Part shown: one piece after another, positions 42,516 to 54,151 of the stretch
How positions within the stretch are numbered: position 1 is the first letter of the stretch
Layout of the letters: each line of letters begins with the position of its first letter
From: Microcoleus sp.
GTDB taxonomy: Bacteria; Cyanobacteriota; Cyanobacteriia; Cyanobacteriales; Microcoleaceae
DNA: 64,000 nucleotides
Assembly: GCA_052279835.1 (NCBI GenBank)
Contig: CP181291.1
Location: 992,001 to 1,056,000, forward strand
Direction: 5' to 3'
Translations under genes and position numbers: made by a program
The notes under the pieces: model-generated
The model's database searches: none
Seen by the model: the letters and a program-made list of their open reading frames with translations, nothing else
Told to the model about the DNA's origin: nothing

Positions 42516-42780
42516 TTGACATTCTGCGGCGTGAACGCGCAGGGATTCTTTAATCTACGAGCCAACTTGCTGTAAACTAACCGGGAGCATCCCGATTTTG
42601 CATAGGCTGTAGCATGACCGCAGAAAATTTATTAGTGATAACGAGAGATTTACAGCGGTCATGCTATGGCCAATACGAATATATTTGCACTCATTGAGAT
42701 GCACCCAACTAACCTAATTAAATCTCATAGAATTTTAGGCTTGATATCCCCGACTTATTTAAGAAGTCGGGGAGAGCGCA
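42516..42780 (-). mobile_element. Non-autonomous IS200/IS605 (TnpB-type) derivative
   Basis: Minus strand ends GAATCCCTGCGCGTTCACGCCGCAGAATGTCAA (hairpin + TCAA); hairpin CCCCGACTT..AAGTCGGGG at the other end. Confidence 0.55.
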
Positions 42781-42800
42781 GAAATTTTTCAAGGGAAAAT

Positions 42801-43424
42801 TTAAAATTGGCGAATGATGGCATCTACCTGGACAAACAAGGAGTCGAGACTGGAGGAGTTGTCCAAAACAACATCAGCTTTCTGACACTTTTGCTCTAGG
42901 GGAAACTGACTATTAATGCGGGCATTAGCTAGATCGACACTCAAGCCATCTCGCTTCATTAGCCGTTCTAACTGTACAGAGGGTGAACAGTAAACTACCC
43001 AAATTTCTGTACATAAATCTGTCATGTTAGCTTCAAACAGTAGTGGGACTGCTAAAACCAGAGGCAATGTGTTTGTGGATACAAGAGGCGATCGAGCAAT
43101 GTAACTTTGAGTGGCTTCCACAAAACGGTGACGGACATAAGGGTGAATTTGTTGTTCTAGCCACTGCCGTTCCGCTGGGTTACAAAAAATAATATTTCCC
43201 AACTCCGGGCGATTTAAATTGCCTTCTGGGAGTAAAACACCAGCGCCGTAGCGTTCTACAATAGAACTCAGTATTGGCGAACCTGGGCGCACAGCTTCGC
43301 GGGCATAAATATCGGCATCTAAAATCCTCCATCCATAACGATCGGCAAGATAATTAGAGATAGCGGTTTTACCCGTAGCGATGCCCCCTGTCAAACCAAT
43401 GATCCGCAAAATTAGATCGCTCAT
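42801..43424 (-). CDS. coaE: Dephospho-CoA kinase
   Basis: IGLTGGIATGKT, DAD..AR, IHP.V, VPLLFE, RI.SQ. Confidence 0.95.
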   Translation of the reverse strand: MSDLILRIIGLTGGIATGKTAISNYLADRYGWRILDADIYAREAVRPGSPILSSIVERYGAGVLLPEGNLNRPELGNIIFCNPAERQWLEQQIHPYVRHRFVEATQSYIARSPLVSTNTLPLVLAVPLLFEANMTDLCTEIWVVYCSPSVQLERLMKRDGLSVDLANARINSQFPLEQKCQKADVVLDNSSSLDSLFVQVDAIIRQF

Positions 43425-43631
43425 ATTGCCTTGTTAGTTGAATTTCTATGTTTGGACAGTGCTTGCCAGTGTTTGCTATGTTGGTGACACACTCAAAATT
43501 AGACTAAGAATTTAAGATTTGAGAGCGAGAGCTCGCGTTAGGAATTGTGAGGATTGGGGTGCGATCGACTGTTTTTTGGCTAAAATATCCATTTTTTACT
43601 CCAATTAAGGTCTAGACCGAGGCAAACTATT

Positions 43632-46600
43632 ATGAATGCTCAACGTGCTGTACGGTCAATTCTGGCAGCAATTCCCATTGCCGGACTTTGGATATTAGAT
43701 TTTTCACCCAGTCTGCTGTTGGCGAAACAAAACAGCACTATATGGGTGATTGTAGGAATTTATCCCCAATCTCAAATTGCCTGGGCCCAATCCATTCTTC
43801 CCGCCGCAGACAAGACGAACACGACTGTTACCCCAGGTGCGACAGGGCGCTATGACATTACAGGAGGCGCTACCTCAAAAGATGGTAAAAATCAATTCCA
43901 CAGTTTCACTCGATTTGGTTTAAATTCTGGGGAAACAGCGAATTTTATTTCAAATCAGGGCATAAAAAATATATTTGGCCGCGTTGTTGGTGGCGATGCT
44001 TCGTTTATTAATGGGTTGATAAAAGTTAGCGGTGGTAATTCCAATCTATTTTTGGTCAACCCCGCAGGAATCATTTTCGGCAGTAATGCCCGCCTGGATG
44101 TGCCGGGCTCTTTTTTTGCTACTACTGCTAGCAGCATTGGTTTTGATAATCGTTGGTTTAATAGCACAGGAGTTAATGATTATGCAGCCCTGGTGGGAAC
44201 ACCTAGTGCTTTTGCTTTTTCAGCACAGTCAGGGAGCATAGTTAATGTTGGTAAATTAGCCGTTGGCAATGGACAAAATTTAACTCTGCTTGGGGGTACA
44301 GTCATCAGCACAGGAGAACTTTCGGCTCCTGGGGGTCAAATCACAGTCGCAGCAGTGCCGGGAGAGAATCTGGTGCGCTTGAGCCAAAATGGGATGTTGC
44401 TGAGTTTGGAAGTTTCTGGGTCTACTGGTGTTTCTGACTCAACTTCTTTGCCGTTTTCGCCACTGAGTTTACCTCGGCTGCTGTCTGGGGGAGGGAGTGA
44501 CCACGCCACCGGACTTAGCACCAATTCCCAAGGTCAAGTGGTACTGACTGGAGGAGAAGCTATTTCGGCAAGTCCCGGAACGGCTATAGTATCGGGTGCT
44601 GCCAATGTGTCAACTCCCAATGGCACAGGAGGTACTGTTCATGTCTTGGGGGAAAGAGTAGGGCTGTTTTCGGCCAAGATTGATGCTTCGGGAGCTGAGG
44701 GTGGGGGCACGGTGCGAGTTGGGGGAGATTATCGAGGTGGGGGAACTCTGCCTACTGCAAATATGACTTATGTCGATGGCAAGAGTTCGATCGCCATTAA
44801 TGCTACTCGATCGGGCAATGGGGGTAGCGCCGTCGTCTGGGCGGATGGTACAACCGTGTTTTCCGGGAATGTGAATGCTAGGGGTGTTTCTACAGTTCCT
44901 AATGTTGGTGGTGCGGGTGGGTTTGTCGAGGTTTCTGGTAAAAAAGGGTTGATTTTTAATGGGAGTGTAGATACTAGCGGTACAAATGGTTTGGGGACTT
45001 TGTTGTTAGACCCGGAAAATATTGTGGTGACAGATGCCGCAGCCGGTGCTGATGATGCTGCAATTTTGGCTAATGGTGGTATTTTGGGGGCTGCAACTTC
45101 ACCAGGATTTCCCGGTAGTTCAGGGAGTTCTTTGACTATTTCGGCGAGGGCTCTAGAGGGTATTTCGGCGACGACTAATGTGCTGTTGGAGGCTTTAAAT
45201 GATATTAAAATTTCTGATTTGGCAGACGATAGGTTGAGTTTTCAAACTACTACTGGTTCTGTGACTTTTCGGGCTGATGCCGATGGTAATGGTACGGGTT
45301 TGTTTGCAATGAATAGTAGGGATACTATTAGCACTGAAGGTGGGGCAATCGCCATTCTGGGCAGGCAAGTTACTGTAGGTAATTTGTTGAGCAAAGGGGG
45401 AAATATTAGCTTGACAAGTCAGGGAGAGATTGCTGGTAATAATATTTCGGCATCTAATCCCAACAATGGTCGCAGTGGCAATGTTTTGCTGGAAGGGCTG
45501 AATGTAAGGGCAGAAAAAGTTGATGTGAGTGGTTCCAGAAGTGCGGGAATTGTGAATTTAACCGCTCAAAATGTTCTGAGTGTTGGGGGGATTGCGGGCG
45601 GTTCGGGAAATATTAGTTTGACGGGCAATGAAATTAACTTGAAGGGTGGGAATAATTCGGTGAGTGGGACTGGTTTTTTGGTGTTGCAACCTTGGAGTCC
45701 TGCTCAAAATATAGCGATCGCGGGTACGGGTGATTTGGGTAGTAATAGTTTTTTGAATCTCACGGCGAGCGATTTAGGAAGTTTACAAAATGGTTTTGCC
45801 GGAATCACCATCGGGCGTAGTGATAGCAGCGGTTCGATTCTGGTTGCTAATAATTTGAATTTTTCAGACCCGCTGATGATTCAGTCACCTTCGGATCGGG
45901 GAACAATCACTACTACCAGTTCCCTCACCGGCACAGACAATGCCTCTATTACTCTGAAAGCTGATGGCAATATCAGAACTGGTAATATTTCAACTAACGG
46001 TCAGGAGATTCGCATCACCAGCCAAACAGGTAACATTATTGCCGATCGACTACGGACAGGTACAGAAGCGACTCTCACTTCTTCATCGAATTCTGGGGCG
46101 GTGTCGCGAGTGGCTGGGGATGTGACGCTGACGGCTGCGGCGAAAGTGACTGTAGGGGCGATCGATACTAGAGGAAATATTGCTGGTAATGTGAGCCTGA
46201 CTGGTAGGGAGGGAGTAAGTGTCGGGCCGGTGGAGGCTGGTGGTTTGCAAACAGCGGGCAATATTACTTTAACAGGTGGAGAAATTGACCTGACGGGTAA
46301 CAAAAATTCTGTCGCTAGCAATGGTAGTTTGGTGTTGCAACCAACGGAGGCGCGTCAAAATATCACCATTGGTGGTGATGGAAACAAAGAAGGTTTGAAT
46401 CTGACTGGGGCTGAGTTGGCGACTTTGCGGAATGGGTTTGTTTCTATTGCGATCGGGCGTTTCTGATGGTAATGGTCAAGTTTTGATTGGAGCTCCGACT
46501 TCAACACCCATGCCGAGTTCAACTCCTAACTCTACTCTAGTACCGACTGTTACTTTTCAAGACCCGATCGTGATTCGATCGCCCCTGGGAACCGGTACTA

Positions 46601-48762
46601 TCATGGGAACGGCTGCGATCGCGGGCATTGACAACGCCTCTATTACCTTAATCGCCGGTAGCGTCAAGATTGGCGATATTACCTCCCCCGCAGGCATCAA
46701 CATTACTAGCAGTCAGGGAAACATCACCACAGGAACTTTATCTTCTCGTTCCACCAACGGGGGGGCAGGAGATATCAACATCCGCAGCGCTAATGCCGTA
46801 GCATCGGGCAACATCGATGCCTTTGGTGCCAAAAGCGGCGGAGATATCTCCATTACCGCACCAGGTTCGATCGCGACTGGGGTGATTAATTCTAGTTCGG
46901 AGTCAGGAAAAGCCGGTTCTAGCACCATCACCGGGCAAAAAGATATTCAAGTTACTTCGATCAAGGCTCGTGGGAATACGGGGGGTGATGTGGAAATCAC
47001 CGCAGGAGGAGCTTTTCGAGCCACAGTTACCAACACAAGCTCTGAGGGCGACCCCGTTAGCATCTCCACAGAGGGCCAAGTGCGATCGGGTTCCCAGACT
47101 TTGTTGCAAAGTAGTTGCAAATCAGGAACCTGCACTGTTACGCCTCTGGCCACTGCAAATTCTAAGCCTAACACCACGACAAATACAACTACTGGCTCGA
47201 TCGCGATCGAACCGAGTCCAGCACCCAAGACAAGCATCCAACTGAAAACTACAACCAATTCCCAAGAATTGGTGGCGGCGCCGAATTCGATCGCGATCGA
47301 GCCGGTATCAAAGAGCACAACGACAAACATCTCTTCAGACCAGGCTGTCAGCTCCCTGGGGACTAGCAAAACTAGCACTCCAGGAGAAAGTCAACCACAG
47401 TCAGCATCGGTGTTAAATAACAATCTAGACACCGCTAGCTCCACCAACAGTGACGGAGGGACAACTGCCCAAAAGCCGGGTAGTTATCAGAGTGTGGTAG
47501 TTGCCGAAAGTTCTCGATCGAACAATTCCCTAACTCAACTAAATCCCATCGACGCAGTGCAGCAAAGAGAGCAAATTCAGGGGAAAGAATTTGAACGTTA
47601 TTTTGGCAGCAATTTATCAGGAAAATCTGTAACGCCACAAACTATTCGAGATACCCTCAGCAGCGTTAATCGCTTGACAGGAGTAAAACCTGCGATCGTT
47701 TATGTATGGGCGAAAGCCAACAATTTAGAATTGGTACTGCTCTTGCCCGATGGCAAAAATATCTTTAAAAGCATACCAGCCAGCCGCGAAACAGTGCTGC
47801 AAGTTGCCAAGGAATTTACCAATGCTGTGCGAAGTCCCCGGAGATTAAGCAGTGCTGACTATAAGGAACCGGGCGAGCAACTTTACCAGTGGTTAATTGC
47901 ACCCCTGGAAGCAGATTTGGAATTGCATAACATTGATACTCTAGCATTCTCGATGGATGCTGGTTTGCGAACTTTACCTTTGGCTGCTCTTTATAACGGC
48001 AAGCAATTTTTGGTGGAGAAGTATAGTTTGGGATTGATTCCTAGTTTGAGCTTAACTGATACTCGCTATAGCAGTATTAAGGATGCGAGGGTTTTGGCGA
48101 TGGGTGCATCGAAATTTCCTGAAAAGTACGATCAAATTCCTTTGCCGGCTGTGCCGCTGGAGATATCCACAATTGTGGGTAAGATTTGGCCTGGTTTGTC
48201 TTTTTTGAATGAGAACTTTACTTTGCCAAATTTGAGGGAAAAGCGTCAACAGGAGTACAAAATTATTCATTTGGCTACTCATGGTGAGTTTCAGCCTGGG
48301 GGTGCTGAGAATTCTTATATTCAGTTTTGGGATACTAAGTTGCGGTTGAGTGAGTTGGATGAGTTGAAGTTATCGAATCCGCAGGTGGAGTTGTTGGTTT
48401 TGAGTGCTTGTACGACAGCCGTGGGTGATGAACAGGCTGAGTTGGGTTTTGCGGGGTTGGCGGTGAATGCGGGGGTGAAGTCGGCTTTGGCGAGTTTGTG
48501 GTATGTGAGTGATGCTGGTACTTTGGGGTTGATGACGGAGTTTTATCAGCAGTTGCGTGTAGCTCCGATTAAGGCTGAGGCTTTACGACAGGCGCAGTTG
48601 GCGATGTTGCGGGGAGAGGTACGTTTGGAGGATGGTTATTTGGTGCGATCGGGTAATCGTCAGGCTTTACCTTTACCTGGGGAGTTGACGGCGCGGGGAG
48701 ACAAAAATTTGTCGCATCCTTATTATTGGGCGGCTTTTACAATGATTGGTTCGCCTTGGTAA
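43632..48762 (+). CDS. Filamentous-haemagglutinin-N / beta-helix / CHAT domain protein; +1 frameshift at 46460-46462
   Basis: [58 protein letters not shown]. Removing one T gives IAIGRSDG, matching the internal repeat ITIGRSDS. Confidence 0.88.
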
Positions 48763-48987
48763 TTAGTAATTGGGAATTGGGAATTGGGAATTGGGAATTG
48801 GGAATTGGGAATTGGGAATTGGGAATTGGTAATTGGTAATTGGGAATTGGGAATTGGTAATTGGTAATTGGTTATTTGTTATGAGTTATTTGTTATGAGT
48901 TATTTGTTATGAGTTATTTGTTATTCGTCCTCACAAATAACTAATAACTCATAACAACATTCAACATTCAACATTCAACATTCAACA
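48763..48987. repeat. STRR-like arrays: (GGGAATT/GGTAATT)n, (TTATTTGTTATGAG)n, (AACATTC)n
   Basis: Visible between convergent genes. Confidence 0.9.
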
Positions 48988-48988
48988 A

Positions 48989-50177
48989 TCATTGCAACTG
49001 TTCGATTCTTTTAAGGGCGTCTTGATAAGCACTTGTTCTCCCACCTTGTTTGTAAAGTTCTGCTGCTTTTTGAAAGTCGGCAATGGCTTGGGGTTTATCT
49101 TTGTTTTCGAGGTGGGCTAGGGCTCGGTTGTAGTAGGCGTCGGCAAAGCCGGGATTGGCTGCGATCGCCCGCGTGTATGCTTGAATAGCGCTTGGACCAC
49201 GGGTGGGATCGACGCTGACGCTGCCGATGAGAGTGCGGGCATTACCGATATTGAAGTATATTTCGGGAGTGTAGTTAGACTTAGAAGCAAGCGCCTTGTT
49301 GAAATCCGCGATCGCCTCCCAAGCATCTCCTTGATCTAACCGCGAAAGTCCTCGAAAATAATAGGCTTGGGGATCTTGAGGATTAGTGCTCGATACCGGG
49401 CCTTGGATTGCGGGGGTATTGTCTAGTTTCAATTCCGATGGTTTCATTCCCGTCATGGCCAGTTTCGCCATAAAAGTATTGATCGGAACTGCTGCATTAA
49501 ATCCTGTTTTAATGGGGGCGACTTCACCGGAAACTGGTTTGGGCGAAACCAAACTCGCCTTGTCCGTGTAAGCCGATGACTCGACCTTCGGAGTCAAACA
49601 CTGGCCCGCCACTCATACCACTCCAAGTTACTGCTTGATATCGCAAAGTGTAACCTTCGGGTCGATTTCGCGGGCGGCTGGTAACGAGTCCGGGAGAGAG
49701 TTCTGGTTCTCTTTCGGCGCCGAAAAGTCCGCCGGTAGCAGGATACCCGTAAACGAAGATTTGAGTGCCGATGACGGCTTGATCGGAATCGGCGATCGTT
49801 GCTACTGGGTATTCTTCTGGACTTTCAAATTTGACTAAGGCTAAATCGGCTTCGGTTTGGGATGTTTGCAAGCGGGTGACTGAGGTTGCTTGATAGTTTT
49901 TGCCAATGGAAGTGCGAACTGTATATTTGACATCGGCTTTTTCTACTACGTGGTTGACGGTTAAAACTGTGTAATTTTTGCCGTTTTTGGCAATAATTAC
50001 GCCGGAACCGTCTCCTAGGGTGCTGTTAACTTGTACTGTCAGTGGTCCGGCAATGTTGGCTACTTCTTGGGGAGTTTTGGCGATCGCTGGTTGGCTGATA
50101 ATGATTGTTAAGGCTGCGACGGTAGTGCCTGCTAGTATGCTGCTTAAGGTATCGAAACGGGAAAAATTTATATTCAT
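48989..50177 (-). CDS. Trypsin-like serine protease with C-terminal TPRs; +1 frameshift near 49531
   Basis: GSGVII, LTVNHVV, DLAL, GMSGGPV; second frame has TGFNAAVPINTF and TPRs AYYNRA. Confidence 0.88.
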
Positions 50178-50382
50178 GGCTATTGCTAATTAGTATTTGA
50201 CCAGGGAATTTTTGCCGCGGGGGATGGAATGTTTGTGCTGTGTGGGTTTTTAGTTTTATTAATTGGTTGACGGAAACCCTGTCTAGTTTGTTCTTGTTCT
50301 TGATTAATAATTTTACTCGCTATTTTTCCGATTTTTTTCAGTTCAAAGACTAAGCGATCGCACTTTAAACCCCAGGATTTAT

Positions 50383-50988
50383 TTACTGTACTTGACTGCC
50401 GTGGGCGCGGGGGTCGGAACTGCTGGTTTTCGTTGGTCCTGTGGCGGGAGTAAAATTAGAAACTTGACCTACTGATTGAGCGTGGGGCAACTCTTTCCCT
50501 GCAATTAAAGCTTGTAAATTAGCTTCCATAATGCTGCGGGGCGCTTCCCCGATAGTTTGAGCAACGGCGCTACCTTTATTGTTTAAATAAACGAAGTGGG
50601 GGATGCCATCTACTCGATATTTGGTAATTTCTGGTAGCCATTTGTCATTGTCCACATTCAGCATCACAAAATTTAGCGGTTCGGCATATTTTTGTTTAAT
50701 TTCGCTCAAATCCTTTGCCATTGCCTGACAGCTACCGCACCAATTAGCATAAAATTCCATGAGTGTGGGCTTGCCATTGGTTAAAGCTGTTTCTATTGGT
50801 GCGGAGGCTTTTGCCATTTCGGTGAGACTACTCGATGGCGTTTGGGTCCGTAGTCCAAAAAACATGGATGCCGCCAGGGCGATCGCTGCTAACACCACTA
50901 ATAAGTTTCTGAGCCGTGACGCTGCTGAATTTGTTTCGGAATTTTTGGTGGCCTCGACAGCACTTGACTTTGGCGAATTGGGACTCAT
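50383..50988 (-). CDS. Membrane-anchored thioredoxin-like protein (TxlA/HCF164-like)
   Basis: TM helix; EFYANWCGSC; NVDN.KW; VDGIPH. Confidence 0.85.
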   Translation of the reverse strand: MSPNSPKSSAVEATKNSETNSAASRLRNLLVVLAAIALAASMFFGLRTQTPSSSLTEMAKASAPIETALTNGKPTLMEFYANWCGSCQAMAKDLSEIKQKYAEPLNFVMLNVDNDKWLPEITKYRVDGIPHFVYLNNKGSAVAQTIGEAPRSIMEANLQALIAGKELPHAQSVGQVSNFTPATGPTKTSSSDPRAHGSQVQ

Positions 50989-51174
50989 AAAATTGATTAC
51001 AATTTTAATTCTAGGTTTTTATTTTAAATAACCGTCTTTGATTATACCATATTTTGAGATAATAAGCTATCTGCTATCAATAATTTGGCTCCCTTGACAT
51101 ACTCACCGCCTAGGCAAAGTAAGCTAAAACATAAGAACCGAAAAATTGCTGGTAAATTACCGAGGATTAAAGGC

Positions 51175-51579
51175 GTGAAAAAACGGGTAACGCTGACGTT
51201 TCCGCAACGATCGATCCAAATGCCTGTAACCTATAGACTGGCAAAGGATTTTAATGTAGCAGCCAATATTATCCGGGCCCAGGTGGCTCCGAATCAAGTT
51301 GGCAAACTGGTGCTAGAGTTAGCAGGGGACATAGACCAACTAGAAGCGGCGATCGACTGGCTGCGATCGCAAAATATTGGAGTTTCCCTCGCCAGCCGTG
51401 AAATACTCATAGATGAAGATGTCTGCGTTCACTGTGGCTTGTGTACGGGAGTTTGCCCCACAGAAGCCTTGACCCTGAACCCAGAAAGCTTTAAACTAAC
51501 TTTTGTTCGATCGCGCTGTATAGTGTGCGAACAGTGCATCCCTACCTGTCCGGTGCAAGCTATTTCTACTAACCTGTAG
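51175..51579 (+). CDS. NIL-domain 4Fe-4S dicluster ferredoxin
   Basis: KKRVTLTFP, NIIRA; CVHCGLCTGVCP and CIVCEQCIPTCP; GTG start. Confidence 0.88.
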   Translation: MKKRVTLTFPQRSIQMPVTYRLAKDFNVAANIIRAQVAPNQVGKLVLELAGDIDQLEAAIDWLRSQNIGVSLASREILIDEDVCVHCGLCTGVCPTEALTLNPESFKLTFVRSRCIVCEQCIPTCPVQAISTNL

Positions 51580-51675
51580 GCTGCCTAAACACTAATTATT
51601 TATCAAATTCTCTCCTCTATTGCCCGCCATTTCCCCCTCTCCCCCTTCACCGAGCATCCCCAAACTGTTGAGCAG

Positions 51676-52119
51676 ATGAGAAAAAACTCTTGGCCTTCCC
51701 TCACTCTACTTTTTATTAGCTATTTTTGTTTGGGCTGGAAATTATCGGAATTTGATGTTCCTCCCCATATTGTTTGGTTTTTAACTGTAGCTGTTAGTTT
51801 AATCCTATCGATAGCCTTGTCGTTCCCCTTGAGGAACACAAAAACCTTAATTATGCGATGGTTATCGACAGATGTGGGTGCTTTTCTTTCTATTATTGTG
51901 GGCTCTTTTTTAGCAGTGATAGTTGTGACTTGGCTCCACCTTTTTACTACTTGTTTAGTCTTGACATCAGCCGGAGCTTTGGCAAGACTTGATATTCAAA
52001 TATCGGGATTCAAGAGATGGCGGTCTTTTTTGATGTTAGCTACTATTTCTCTGACTGGTTTGGGTTTGGGAGGAACCCTAGAGTTTTTATCAAAAACTGG
52101 CAGACTTGTATTGTTTTAG
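51676..52119 (+). CDS. Hypothetical membrane protein
   Basis: Several TM segments; LARLD.Q. Confidence 0.7.
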   Translation: MRKNSWPSLTLLFISYFCLGWKLSEFDVPPHIVWFLTVAVSLILSIALSFPLRNTKTLIMRWLSTDVGAFLSIIVGSFLAVIVVTWLHLFTTCLVLTSAGALARLDIQISGFKRWRSFLMLATISLTGLGLGGTLEFLSKTGRLVLF

Positions 52120-52416
52120 TTTGGCATGGGCACGGAAAGAAGCAAGAAGTCACCTAACAACGGATTGCTTTTGCCTTTCAATTTGCAATAAAAAAGCAGC
52201 TTGAAGGAGCTGCTAGTCAGAATTGCATGAGGTATTGTTTTCAGAATAAGGCAGCTTAAATTCGATCGATGCTGGGTTACATTTTTTGATACAAGAGATT
52301 TTCTCAGTGCATGGACGATTATAAAATCGTCACATAGGCAGATAGCGTTGAGCATAAATTTTCCGACAATTAAAGAAGCGTTTAACTGTCCTTGCGCCCT
52401 ACAGCCCGACCGCGGT
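52120..52416 (+). ncRNA. ssrS: Probable 6S RNA, apparently with an internal expansion
   Basis: 5' TTGGCATGGGCACGGAAAGAAGCAAG and 3' AACTGTCCTTGC...AGCCCGACCGCGGT resemble recalled cyanobacterial 6S ends and pair (GGGC/GCCC, GCAAG/CTTGC). Confidence 0.5.
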
Positions 52417-52517
52417 GTGGGGCCATTTTATTTTTTGGCACAACTCAATGATTCTTGACAGACATCCCTGTCGCTTTTGTATCTAGCTCTTCCATAGACG
52501 GCGCTAACACGGGTCAA

Positions 52518-53075
52518 TTAATTAATATCATTTCCGATTTTTGATTTAAGAACTTTTTTGATGTGGTCGATCGCCCTAGCAGCAACAACTTCCGGCGTTT
52601 CCCTAATATTAGCGCTGACTCGGACATCTGCTTGAGCATAGAAACGCTCTCGCTGCTGCCACAGGGTTTCCAGCTTGGATTTGATCTCCCCATCCCGCAG
52701 TAGGGGGCGAGTGGTGTCTTCTCGCAGCCGATCGCACAATTGATCTACAGGCACATCCAACCAAACCACTATACCGTGGTGCAGGTAACTCCAGTTAGTC
52801 AATCGCAAAATAGTGCCACCACCAGTAGCAACGACTAAATTAGTATAAGCCGACAATTGACCGAGCACTTGAGTTTCTAATTCCCGAAACGCTTCCTCTC
52901 CTTGATTCGCAAAAATATCTGCGATCGACTCATTAGCAACTTGAGCAATTACGGCATCAGTATCAAAAAAACGGTAGTTTAATTCCCTCGCCAAAATCCG
53001 CCCCACGGTTGTTTTCCCCACACCCATCATCCCGACGAGATAGAGATTAACTCCTCGCAACAAATCCACAATCAA
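52518..53075 (-). CDS. aroK: Shikimate kinase
   Basis: GMMGVGKTT, GEEAFRELE, ATGGG, RPLL. Confidence 0.95.
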   Translation of the reverse strand: MIVDLLRGVNLYLVGMMGVGKTTVGRILARELNYRFFDTDAVIAQVANESIADIFANQGEEAFRELETQVLGQLSAYTNLVVATGGGTILRLTNWSYLHHGIVVWLDVPVDQLCDRLREDTTRPLLRDGEIKSKLETLWQQRERFYAQADVRVSANIRETPEVVAARAIDHIKKVLKSKIGNDIN

Positions 53076-53091
53076 ATCCTCCGATAGTGTG

Positions 53092-53976
53092 CTATTTTTT
53101 CAGGTTAATCGGGCCACCACTGGGGCTATCGCCCTCCAACTCATCATCCTCATCCAATCCCCAATCCTCCTCATCTTCTGTATTATTTGGAGCTACTTCC
53201 CCATCAGCTATGTCAGGAATCGGCGTCCCTTGGGGAGGAGGAATCACCCGATAGTCGGCATCGTAGACAGACTCTGTTTGTCCAACCCCAGATTTGCTCG
53301 GATCGCGATAGCCATAGGAGTAGACAGAGCCTGACCAGGACTGGCTTTTGGGTTCCTGTTTGGCTTCGTAATCCCTTGGATTTGCCTCTAAAACGTCATT
53401 TACAGGCGGTCGATCGACAATTTCGCGCTCGTCCCCCCAATCATCATCACCCTGTTGAGAGCCAATTTTAGAGGGTTCAGAAACCCAATCGTCCTCATCA
53501 TCGGCTGCGATAGAAGTTCCAGCTTGAGCAGAAGTTGTAGCATTACCAGAGTTTGGGGGCCTAACATCCTGCTGGAAAGTCTGAGCATTATAAGCAGTGG
53601 GCGTACCATACTCAGTTTGGTATCCAGAAGCGGGCTGAGTTTCCCGATTACCCCTAGGGCGATCGGGGTTAATTTCCTGTTTTCTGGGAGCAGGAGACGC
53701 TGAGTAAGGTGTCCTCTGATCCTGAGCAAAAGTATTGCGAGGGGGACTGTTGCGACTGGTGCGGCTTCGCATTTGAGATAGGTAATTTGAGAAAGCGAGC
53801 AAGCCAGAAATCAACAAAGAAGTGACAACTCCTGTGCCCATACTGAATAATATCCAGATGGATAGTGGCACAGCGGGCGATCGCATTCCCAAAAACACCA
53901 GGGATACCGGAGCAACATTTTGCAGGGCAAAAATAGTCAGCCCCACCACAATTACTAGCAAAAATAAAGCACGCAT
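53092..53976 (-). CDS. LapA-family membrane protein with disordered acidic C-terminus
   Basis: [33 protein letters not shown]; start at ATG 53976 because the upstream extension is repeat. Confidence 0.75.
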   Translation of the reverse strand: MRALFLLVIVVGLTIFALQNVAPVSLVFLGMRSPAVPLSIWILFSMGTGVVTSLLISGLLAFSNYLSQMRSRTSRNSPPRNTFAQDQRTPYSASPAPRKQEINPDRPRGNRETQPASGYQTEYGTPTAYNAQTFQQDVRPPNSGNATTSAQAGTSIAADDEDDWVSEPSKIGSQQGDDDWGDEREIVDRPPVNDVLEANPRDYEAKQEPKSQSWSGSVYSYGYRDPSKSGVGQTESVYDADYRVIPPPQGTPIPDIADGEVAPNNTEDEEDWGLDEDDELEGDSPSGGPINLKK

Positions 53977-53984
53977 AATAATAT

Positions 53985-54148
53985 TGGGAATTGGGAATTG
54001 GGCATTGGGAATTGGGAATTGGGAATTGGGAATTGGGAATTGGGAATTGGGAATTAATCTGCCAATTAACCAATAACAACTAACCAATAACAACTAACCA
54101 ATAACAACTAACCAATAACTAATGACTAATGACTACTGACTAATGACT
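53985..54148. repeat. STRR-like arrays (GGGAATT)n, (CCAATAACAACTAA)n, (ATGACTA)n
   Basis: Directly visible. Confidence 0.9.
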
Positions 54149-54151
54149 TCT

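Noticed and set aside
53977..54093. N-terminal PIPNSQF extensions of ORFs
   Set aside because: Translation of the GGGAATT heptamer array; the true start is likely 53976
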